Shown here piece after piece: positions 1 to 7,102 of a DNA stretch of 24,000 bases. Within the stretch, counting starts at the first letter, position 1; each line of letters opens with the position of its first letter. The DNA comes from Escherichia coli. GTDB taxonomy: Bacteria > Pseudomonadota > Gammaproteobacteria > Enterobacterales > Enterobacteriaceae. The notes beneath the pieces were generated by a model that did not search any database, was not told the origin of the DNA, and worked only from the letters and a program-made list of their open reading frames with translations. The translations under genes and the position numbers were made by a program. The stretch is taken from assembly GCF_037231045.1 (NCBI RefSeq), contig NZ_CP147532.1. The stretch is one strand, 5' to 3'.

Positions 1-2
1 CA

Positions 3-353
3 GAGCATGAGCTGGAACACGCCCTGAATGAAACCTGTGAGGCGCTTGTCCGGGCAATGCATCTGAGCATCCTTGCACAGGAAAATCCGCTCGCCAACAC
101 CACCGGCCATCAGGGTTACGTCGCACCGGAAAAGGCTGTCATGCAGCAGGTGAAATCATCGCTGGAACAGAAAATTAAACAGATGCAAATCAGCCTCACC
201 GGCGAGCCGGTTCTCCGGCTGACCGGACTGTCAGCGGCAACACTCCCGCACATGGATTATGAGGTGGCAGGCACACCGGCACAGCGCAAGGTGTGGCAGG
301 ACAAAATAGACCAGCAGGGTGCAGAGCTTAAGGCCAGAGGACTGCTGTCATGA
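3..353 (+). CDS. sid: C-terminal part of P4-like Sid (capsid size determination) protein; truncated by window start
   Basis: Frame is open from the window edge through the 98-aa track ORF (…PAQRKVWQDKIDQQGAELKARGLLS*). Its stop overlaps the start of the delta ORF (ATGA), matching P4 late operon order sid-delta-psu. Identity inferred from synteny and recalled sequence. Confidence 0.82.
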   Translation, partial: EHELEHALNETCEALVRAMHLSILAQENPLANTTGHQGYVAPEKAVMQQVKSSLEQKIKQMQISLTGEPVLRLTGLSAATLPHMDYEVAGTPAQRKVWQDKIDQQGAELKARGLLS

Positions 354-850
354 TTTACTGCCCGTCGTGTGGACATGTTGCTCACACCCGCCGCGCACAT
401 TTCATGGACGATGGCACCAAGATAATGATTGCACAGTGCCGGAATATTTATTGCTCTGCGACATTTGAAGCGAGTGAAAGCTTTTTCTCTGACAGTAAAG
501 ATTCAGGAATGGAATACATTTCAGGCAAACAGAGATACCGCGATTCACTGACGTCAGCCTCCGGCAGTATGAAACGCCCGAAAAGAATGCTTGTTACCGG
601 ATATTGTTGTCGGAGATGTAAAGGCCTTGCACTGTCAAGAACATCGCGGCGTCTGTCTCAGGAAGTCACCGAGCGTTTTTATGTGTGCACGGATCCGGGC
701 TGTGGTCTGGTGTTTAAAACGCTTCAGACCATCAACCGTTTCATTGTCCGCCCGGTCACGCCGGACGAACTGGCAGAAAGCCTGCATGAAAAACAGGAAC
801 TGCCGCCAGTACGCTTAAAAACACAATCATATTCGCTGCGTCTGGAATGA
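350..850 (+). CDS. delta: P4 Delta-like late transcription activator (fused Ogr/Delta zinc-finger protein)
   Basis: 166 aa with two Cys4-type motifs (CPSCG…CRNIYC and CCRRCKG…CTDPGC), the duplicated Ogr/Delta finger arrangement of P4 Delta. Lies between sid and psu. Confidence 0.93.
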   Translation: MIYCPSCGHVAHTRRAHFMDDGTKIMIAQCRNIYCSATFEASESFFSDSKDSGMEYISGKQRYRDSLTSASGSMKRPKRMLVTGYCCRRCKGLALSRTSRRLSQEVTERFYVCTDPGCGLVFKTLQTINRFIVRPVTPDELAESLHEKQELPPVRLKTQSYSLRLE

Positions 851-923
851 GGGCTGCCGGTTAACACCGGCCGTCGCCGCACACCGTATTTTTATTCTTC
901 AGCATGATGAGAAAGAGATAACG

Positions 924-1496
924 ATGGAAAGCACAGCCTTACAGCAGGCCTTTGACACCTGTCAGAATAACAAAGCAGCATGGCTGCAACGCAAAAATGA
1001 GCTGGCAGCGGCCGAACAGGAATACCTGCGGCTTCTGTCAGGAGAAGGCAGAAACGTCAGTCGCCTGGACGAATTACGCAATATTATCGAAGTCAGAAAA
1101 TGGCAGGTGAATCAGGCCGCCGGTCGTTATATTCGTTCGCATGAAGCCGTTCAGCACATCAGCATCCGCGACCGGCTGAATGATTTTATGCAGCAGCACG
1201 GCACAGCACTGGCGGCGGCACTGGCACCGGAGCTGATGGGCTACAGTGAGCTGACGGCCATTGCCCGAAACTGTGCCATACAGCGTGCCACAGATGCCCT
1301 GCGTGAAGCCCTTCTGTCCTGGCTTGCGAAGGGTGAAAAAATTAATTATTCCGCACAGGATAGCGACATTTTAACGACCATCGGATTCAGGCCTGACGCG
1401 GCTTCGGTGGATGACAGCCGTGAAAAATTCACCCCTGCGCAGAACATGATTTTTTCGCGTAAAAGTGCGCAACTGGCATCACATCAGTCTGTGTAA
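924..1496 (+). CDS. psu: P4 Psu-like polarity suppression / capsid decoration protein (Rho inhibitor)
   Basis: 190-aa ORF (MESTALQQAFDTCQNNKAAWLQRKNELAAAEQEYLRLL…) recognised as Psu; correct order after delta. Confidence 0.95.
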   Translation: MESTALQQAFDTCQNNKAAWLQRKNELAAAEQEYLRLLSGEGRNVSRLDELRNIIEVRKWQVNQAAGRYIRSHEAVQHISIRDRLNDFMQQHGTALAAALAPELMGYSELTAIARNCAIQRATDALREALLSWLAKGEKINYSAQDSDILTTIGFRPDAASVDDSREKFTPAQNMIFSRKSAQLASHQSV

Positions 1497-1528
1497 AACT
1501 CCCCGAAAATCCGTCCGATTTTACTGAA

Positions 1529-1560
1529 AAAAGCCATGCATCGATAAGGTGCATGGCTTT
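1529..1560. terminator. Stem-loop terminator-like element downstream of psu
   Basis: Perfect 10-bp inverted repeat aagccatgca(1531-1540)/tgcatggctt(1550-1559), 9-nt loop. T3 on + strand; on - strand the stem is followed by T6. Confidence 0.5.
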
Positions 1561-1660
1561 GCATGCGTTTTCCTGCCTCATTTTCTGTATACCGCGCCAT
1601 TCCCGGCACGGCCTGAGCGTGTCAGTGCAACTGCATTAAAACCGCCCCGCAAAGCGGGCG

Positions 1661-1679
1661 GGCGAGGCGGGGAAAGCAC
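1661..1679. other. cos: P2/P4-type cos cohesive-end sequence (19 nt) GGCGAGGCGGGGAAAGCAC
   Basis: Matches the 19-nt P2/P4 cohesive end as I recall it, in the expected position downstream of psu. Confidence 0.88.
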
Positions 1680-1746
1680 TGCGCGCAATCTCTGAGCACG
1701 TTTAGTGTTAGATGTCACAGCAGCATATTAACTCATTAATTAATCG

Positions 1747-1773
1747 TTGAGGTTTCAAATAAATTGTTATAGA
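1747..1773 (+). promoter_or_regulatory. Weak candidate sigma70 promoter for the cargo gene (TTGAGG - 15 nt - TATAGA)
   Basis: Hexamer-like matches in AT-rich DNA ~60 nt upstream of the start codon; spacer is short, so tentative. Confidence 0.2.
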
Positions 1774-1819
1774 TCTTAATCTGAATTGTCTATTCATTCT
1801 TAGCTAACGAATAATTCCC

Positions 1820-1825
1820 AAGGAG
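1820..1825 (+). promoter_or_regulatory. Shine-Dalgarno AAGGAG for the TIR-NTPase-TPR gene
   Basis: AAGGAG ending 7 nt before ATG at 1833. Confidence 0.8.
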
Positions 1826-1832
1826 TATTAAA

Positions 1833-4307
1833 ATGATAAAGGCATTTTTATCGCACTCAAGTAAAGATAAGGAACATTATGTGCGTAATGTCGCTAATTG
1901 GCTTGGCAAGGAAAACATAATATATGATGAATTTACTTTTGAGGAAGGAGAAAGAACACTAGACCAAATTATGGAGGGTTTAGGAGAATCAGAGTTATTT
2001 GTTCTTTTTATTTCCAACAGCGCACTTGAGTCCGAATGGGTCAAAAAGGAAATAACTGAGTCAAAAAAACTCCTCGATGAAGGTAAAATTTTGAAAATTT
2101 TCCCCATAATAATTGACAACAGTATAAATCATGAAGACCAAAGAATACCTGATTGGTTAAGAAAAGACTATAATCTTCAACCCATCACACGCGCAAGAAC
2201 TGCAGCCTCAAGAATTAAGAACCATCTATACAAAATTTCTTGGCAAAAACACCCAAAACTTGCCAAAATAAGCTCATTATTTGTAGGAAGAAACGATAAG
2301 CTAGAAGAATTTGAAGAGAGAATTAACGATTACACTAAAAAAAAACCAACTGTTATCTTCGCATCTGGTTTAATAGGTGTAGGAAGAAGGTCATTCTTAT
2401 CTAAAGCGTTAATAAAATGTAACATTCAAAAAAATCAAATCACACCTTATGCTATATATTTAGACAGAAATGAGTCAATTGAGGATTTTATCCTAAAACT
2501 TAACGATTTAGGTATTACCGATCTTAAAGAAAGTGCTCTATCACTTTCAGAAAAAACAATTGAGGAAAAGCAAAAAATAATATCCAACATATTAAATGAA
2601 GCTTACAAAGCAAAAGAAACAATATTTTTCCTAGATGATGGGTGTATAATAAACTATAAGCGAGAATTAACCCCTTGGTTTAAAATGATAATTGAAGAGT
2701 ATAATGACATCAATTTCCCTGTATTATGTATCGCCTCAAGATACAGGGTCAACTTTGCTAACAGGCCTCGTGATGACAGATTTTATTTCATTGAATTACC
2801 CGAGCTTAATGTAAAAGAAAGAAGGCGTCTATTATCACAACTATTAGAAATTGAAAATATTGATGATCTAGACCCATCCAACTTTAGCAGCGTCTGCGAC
2901 TTACTTACTGGTTTGCCAGAACAAGTAAGGTTTGCTATTGAACTGATAAAGGATAAAAACATAATACCATTTGAGAATAAACTTCCTATACTGTCAGATT
3001 TTAATAATGATAAAGCATCAATACAGCTACAAAGGTATGCCCACAATGAAACGGTTTTAGACTTTATAAGACTCCTCGCTCAATTTGAGGTAATAACATT
3101 AGACTTTATTTTTTCAATCGTTGATAAGGACAAATATCTACCTGTCCTTGAAGCTTTGATTGCAGAAAGCATTTGCGAATTAGTGGGTTCTGATGGTGAA
3201 ATGATCAGATTAAATGATATCGTAAGAGATTATATAAAAAGAAACAGACTTAAGATTAATGATGAGCATAATAAAAAACTTAATTTAGTTGTTAAAGATA
3301 TAGTAAACAATGAAGATTTAACAGAAGCAAACTCATCTGTATATATTTTTACCATAAAAGAAATGCTCAAATCAGATGAGTATATTGATCCTAAACACCT
3401 TATTCCTTCGCATTATTTAAGATGTATGAAAGATTTATATAATACAAAAGGTTCATTAGAAAAAGTAATATCATTAGCAGACACAATTTTACAAAAAGAA
3501 AAGAACATGGATAATGGTGTTGTACAAGATATAAGATACTATCTATGTCTTGCTTTAGCAAAAAAATCCGATTCCAGGCTTTTAACTGAAGTTCAAAAAA
3601 TTTCCGGTGATGAACATAAATTTTTATTGGGTTTCTATTACAGAAAATGCGGAAGACTTTCTGATGCACTTTTTCAGTTTGAAAGTATAATCAATGCTCC
3701 ATATGTTGAGTCTCGAGCTAAACGAGAATTGGTTCAGGTTTATACACAATTAGAAGAATATGATAAAGCGTTAAGTTATGCTAAAAAGAACTATGAAGAA
3801 AATAGAAGCAATCAATTCCACTGTCAAGCCTATTTTAATTGTCTCATAAATTCTCAGCATAGGGTAGCGTCAGATAATATCGTGTTAAAAGATATTATCA
3901 CCACCTTAATCAACATTGATTCAGAGCAATCAAATGAAATGGCAAAAATAGCTGACGCAATGTATTCAGCTAAAATTGAAAATGATGCAGTGAAGTCAAT
4001 CACCATAATAAATGACTGTATAGCAATATATCCAGAAAGTCCTTATCCATTACTCGCAAAGTGTGATATTGGATTAAAATTCAAGTCTATACAGACACTA
4101 GAGGAAGCCTTATCCTCATTAGATAAAATGAAAAGGCGAAAAGTTGTGTCTGAACGAACACTTACAACCTATCTGGCTTATTTAATGGCTTTAAAGGGTG
4201 ATGCAGATAGTGCAAATCAGATAATATCCAATGATATTAAAAAATATCCTCAGGAAGCAAGAGAAAGAATTTTGAAAAGGATAAAAGAATATGCCGCTAA
4301 AAATTAA
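1833..4307 (+). CDS. TIR domain - STAND/NLR-like NTPase - TPR-repeat protein; candidate anti-phage abortive-infection effector/sensor
   Basis: 824 aa. N-term MIKAFLSHSSKDK…LFVLFISNSALESEWVKKE (TIR-type, candidate catalytic Glu73). FVGRNDKL…ASGLIGVGRRSFL (P-loop-like, 179-187). TIFFLDD (Walker B-like, 263-269). LCIASRYR (sensor-like Arg), LTGLPEQVRFAIEL (GLPL-like), winged-helix-like segment ~400-500, TPR-like helices from ~545 to the C-terminus. AT-rich coding region with many ATA/AGA codons between satellite psu/cos and int. Confidence 0.88.
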   Translation: MIKAFLSHSSKDKEHYVRNVANWLGKENIIYDEFTFEEGERTLDQIMEGLGESELFVLFISNSALESEWVKKEITESKKLLDEGKILKIFPIIIDNSINHEDQRIPDWLRKDYNLQPITRARTAASRIKNHLYKISWQKHPKLAKISSLFVGRNDKLEEFEERINDYTKKKPTVIFASGLIGVGRRSFLSKALIKCNIQKNQITPYAIYLDRNESIEDFILKLNDLGITDLKESALSLSEKTIEEKQKIISNILNEAYKAKETIFFLDDGCIINYKRELTPWFKMIIEEYNDINFPVLCIASRYRVNFANRPRDDRFYFIELPELNVKERRRLLSQLLEIENIDDLDPSNFSSVCDLLTGLPEQVRFAIELIKDKNIIPFENKLPILSDFNNDKASIQLQRYAHNETVLDFIRLLAQFEVITLDFIFSIVDKDKYLPVLEALIAESICELVGSDGEMIRLNDIVRDYIKRNRLKINDEHNKKLNLVVKDIVNNEDLTEANSSVYIFTIKEMLKSDEYIDPKHLIPSHYLRCMKDLYNTKGSLEKVISLADTILQKEKNMDNGVVQDIRYYLCLALAKKSDSRLLTEVQKISGDEHKFLLGFYYRKCGRLSDALFQFESIINAPYVESRAKRELVQVYTQLEEYDKALSYAKKNYEENRSNQFHCQAYFNCLINSQHRVASDNIVLKDIITTLINIDSEQSNEMAKIADAMYSAKIENDAVKSITIINDCIAIYPESPYPLLAKCDIGLKFKSIQTLEEALSSLDKMKRRKVVSERTLTTYLAYLMALKGDADSANQIISNDIKKYPQEARERILKRIKEYAAKN

Positions 4308-4320
4308 TTAAAAATATAAC

Positions 4321-4352
4321 GCGATGGAGAAAATTAAATTTTCCTTCATCGC
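4321..4352. terminator. Hairpin between convergent cargo gene and integrase gene
   Basis: gcgatggagaaaa…ttttccttcatcgc: 13-position stem with one A/C mismatch and one G-U. Adjacent T-runs are weak, so terminator function is tentative. Confidence 0.45.
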
Positions 4353-4382
4353 AATCATGAATAAAAAAATATCAAATAATAA

Positions 4383-5636
4383 TTATTTTTTTGCAAAATC
4401 AAACGGAGTTGTATACATAATCTTATTATGATCTATATAATCTGCCCACCACTGCATCATTAAACGACGTTCATCCAAATGCTCAGAAGTATGGATATAA
4501 GCTGCACGCACATTATTACGCTCTGAGTGACTCAATTGACGCTCAATAGCATCATCACTCCACAAACCCGACTCCCCTAATGCCCCTCGAGCCATCGTCC
4601 TAAACCCATGCCCACAGACTTCGGTTTTAGTGTCATATCCCATCGCACGCAATGCGTTGTTTACTGTGTTTTCACTCATAACCTTAGTTGCGTCATGATC
4701 GCCAGGGAAAAGCAGTTTCCTATCACCACTAATCTGCTTTAACTGGCCTAACAAATTCATCGCCTGACGACTAAGCGGAACAATATGCTCCTCTTTCATC
4801 TTCATACCACGATACGAGTAACGCACCCCCTTAATTTCCTCTCGTTTTGCAGGTACGCGCCAAAGGGCTTTATCGAAGTCGAACTCATTCCAACGCGCGA
4901 AACGTAACTCACTGGAACGCACAAAAGTCAGTAAGGAGAGCTCGACTGCGATCCGTGTCATTATACGACCACGATATGCAGCGAGACGTGAAAGAAACTC
5001 AGGTAACCGGCTGGAAGGTAACGCAGGGTAATGTCGCACTTTGGTTGTAGATAACGCACCAGCCATATCACTGGCCGGATTTGAGTCGATGTAATCGTTT
5101 TGTACAGCATAACGCATAATGGCCGTTACACGCTGTTGCAGGCGCTGAGCGACGTCGTGTTTTCCACTGGCGTCAACTTTTTTAATTGGGGCTAACAGGT
5201 GGCTGGTTTTGAGTAGACGAATATCGGACGAACCAATATGAGGGAAGATATAAAGCTCAAGGTATCGAAGAACGCGCGATCGATGGTCTTCGCTCCATCG
5301 CTTGTTGCTGGCATGCCATTCACGAGCAATGGTTTCGAAAGTATATGCCCCCGAATTTTCGGCCTGAGCTTGTTTCTGTTCAGTTTTCGGATCTATACCC
5401 TGCACTAAGAGCTTTTTAGCTTCATCGCGCTTTGCTCTTGCCTGAGCAAGCGTCACAGTAGGCCAAACACCAAAAGCAAGGCGATCCTCTTTTTTGTCAG
5501 AGGGGCGTCTGTATTTCATACGCCAGTATTTGGAACCCTTGGCCGAAACCTCAAGATACAAACCGCCGCCATCGGCCATTTTGTAGGTTTTTTCTTTTGG
5601 CTTTGCGGTTTCGACCTGTCTGGCATTGAGCTTCAT
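4383..5636 (-). CDS. int: P4-like tyrosine integrase/recombinase (leuX-specific)
   Basis: Track ORF 4383..5648; internal start MKLNARQVETAKPKEK at 5636 is more likely. Catalytic motif regions LLTFVRSSELRFARW, HIVPLSRQA, HGFRTMARG, LSHSERNNVRAAYIH. Immediately adjacent to leuX. Confidence 0.95.
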   Translation of the reverse strand: MKLNARQVETAKPKEKTYKMADGGGLYLEVSAKGSKYWRMKYRRPSDKKEDRLAFGVWPTVTLAQARAKRDEAKKLLVQGIDPKTEQKQAQAENSGAYTFETIAREWHASNKRWSEDHRSRVLRYLELYIFPHIGSSDIRLLKTSHLLAPIKKVDASGKHDVAQRLQQRVTAIMRYAVQNDYIDSNPASDMAGALSTTKVRHYPALPSSRLPEFLSRLAAYRGRIMTRIAVELSLLTFVRSSELRFARWNEFDFDKALWRVPAKREEIKGVRYSYRGMKMKEEHIVPLSRQAMNLLGQLKQISGDRKLLFPGDHDATKVMSENTVNNALRAMGYDTKTEVCGHGFRTMARGALGESGLWSDDAIERQLSHSERNNVRAAYIHTSEHLDERRLMMQWWADYIDHNKIMYTTPFDFAKK

Positions 5637-5688
5637 TTGGGGGCACATTTCTAATCGAAGTTAAGATGCCCCCAATTATGCCCCCAAT
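5637..5688. repeat. Three copies of TGCCCCCAA motif at the int start region
   Basis: Direct copies atgcccccaat at 5666-5676 and 5678-5688 (12-nt period) plus inverted ttgggggca at 5637-5645. Confidence 0.7.
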
Positions 5689-5705
5689 GACATCCGGATT
5701 TCAAC

Positions 5706-5781
5706 GGACTATCTCGGACAACTCAGAACGTAAAAATTGCTTCAAGCATTGATTTTAAAGGGATAATTGGACTTTCTCGGA
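5706..5781. repeat. Direct repeat ggactWtctcgga in the att region
   Basis: ggactatctcgga (5706-5718) and ggactttctcgga (5769-5781), 12/13 identical, start-to-start distance 63 bp, between int and leuX. Confidence 0.65.
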
Positions 5782-5799
5782 TGGTCTTGGAAAGACTAA

Positions 5800-5884
5800 T
5801 GGTGCCGAAGGCCGGACTCGAACCGGCACGTATTTCTACGGTTGATTTTGAATCAACTGCGTCTACCGATTTCGCCACTTCGGC
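5800..5884 (-). tRNA. leuX: tRNA-Leu(CAA), leuX; satellite attachment site at its 3' end
   Basis: Reverse complement GCCGAAGTGGCGAAATCGGTAGACGCAGTTGATTCAAAATCAACCGTAGAAATACGTGCCGGTTCGAGTCCGGCCTTCGGCACCA: full cloverleaf, CAA anticodon, encoded CCA, 85 nt. Confidence 0.98.
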
Positions 5885-5913
5885 ACTGAAGAGGTATGCG
5901 GAAAACGTTGTGG

Positions 5914-5941
5914 ATTATACCTGTCGCACGCCACCATGCAA
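5914..5941 (-). promoter_or_regulatory. Candidate leuX promoter (TTGCAT - 16 - TATAAT)
   Basis: On - strand TTGCAT (5941-5936) and TATAAT (5919-5914), ~30 nt upstream of the tRNA 5' end. Confidence 0.7.
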
Positions 5942-6079
5942 GCGCCAGCTTGCTCGCATCTCGCTAAGTGCTGAAATTTTCAGCATTACACTCAGCGATG
6001 TGTAACCTTTGTCACACTCCAGGCACCCCGCCCTGCCATGCTCTACACTTCCCAGACAACACCAGAGAAGGACCAAAAA

Positions 6080-7099
6080 ATGTCGATGATAAAAAGCTAT
6101 GCCGCAAAAGAAGCGGGCGGCGAACTGGAACTTTATGAGTACGATCCCGGTGAATTGAAGCCACAAGATGTTGAAGTGCAGGTGGATTACTGCGGGATCT
6201 GCCATTCCGATCTGTCGATGATCGACAACGAATGGGGATTTTCACAGTATCCGCTGGTTGCCGGGCATGAGGTGATTGGTCGCGTGGTGGCGCTCGGGAG
6301 TGCCGCACAGGATAAAGGTTTGCAGGTCGGTCAGCGTGTCGGGATTGGCTGGACGGCACGCAGCTGCGGGCATTGCGATGCCTGTATTAGCGGTAATCAG
6401 ATCAACTGCGAGCAAGGTGCGGTGCCAACAATTATGAATCGCGGCGGTTTTGCCGAGAAGTTGCGTGCGGACTGGCAATGGGTGATTCCGCTGCCAGAAA
6501 ATATCGATATCGAGTCCGCCGGGCCGCTGCTGTGTGGTGGTATCACGGTCTTTAAACCACTGTTGATGCACCATATCACTGCTACCAGCCGCGTTGGGGT
6601 AATTGGTATTGGCGGGCTGGGGCATATCGCTATAAAACTTCTGCACGCAATGGGATGCGAGGTGACAGCCTTTAGTTCTAATCCGGCGAAAGAGCAGGAA
6701 GTACTGGCGATGGGTGCCGATAAAGTGGTGAATAGCCGCGATCCGCAGGCACTGAAAACTCTGGCGGGGCAGTTTGATCTCATTATCAATACTGTGAACG
6801 TCAGCCTCGACTGGCAGCCTTATTTTGAGGCGCTGACGTATGGCGGTAATTTCCATACGGTCGGTGCGGTTCTCACGCCGCTGTCTGTTCCGGCCTTTAC
6901 GTTAATTGCGGGCGACCGCAGCGTCTCTGGCTCTGCTACCGGCACGCCTTATGAGCTGCGTAAGCTGATGCGCTTTGCCGCCCGCAGCAAGGTTGCGCCA
7001 ACTACCGAACTGTTCCCGATGTCGAAAATTAACGACGCCATCCAGCATGTGCGCGACGGTAAGGCGCGTTACCGCGTGGTTCTGAAAGCCGATTTTTGA
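6080..7099 (+). CDS. ahr: NADPH-dependent aldehyde reductase (zinc alcohol dehydrogenase family)
   Basis: 339 aa from [19 protein letters not shown]; [10 protein letters not shown] and zinc-site [15 protein letters not shown]; known neighbour of leuX/idnK (yjgB). Confidence 0.95.
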   Translation: MSMIKSYAAKEAGGELELYEYDPGELKPQDVEVQVDYCGICHSDLSMIDNEWGFSQYPLVAGHEVIGRVVALGSAAQDKGLQVGQRVGIGWTARSCGHCDACISGNQINCEQGAVPTIMNRGGFAEKLRADWQWVIPLPENIDIESAGPLLCGGITVFKPLLMHHITATSRVGVIGIGGLGHIAIKLLHAMGCEVTAFSSNPAKEQEVLAMGADKVVNSRDPQALKTLAGQFDLIINTVNVSLDWQPYFEALTYGGNFHTVGAVLTPLSVPAFTLIAGDRSVSGSATGTPYELRKLMRFAARSKVAPTTELFPMSKINDAIQHVRDGKARYRVVLKADF

Positions 7100-7102
7100 A
7101 AA

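Noticed and set aside
1645-1658. ccccgcaaagcggg hairpin next to cos as a terminator
   Set aside because: Only a 5-bp stem with no T-tract; more likely part of cos/terminase recognition.
3400-3669. 89-aa antisense ORF in the cargo gene, considered as a possible antitoxin
   Set aside because: No Shine-Dalgarno or recognisable family; AT-rich antisense frame inside a well-supported CDS.
5781-6359. Small ORFs overlapping leuX and the ahr 5' region (74, 96 and 115 aa)
   Set aside because: They overlap the tRNA gene and the start of ahr; no homology signal recognised.
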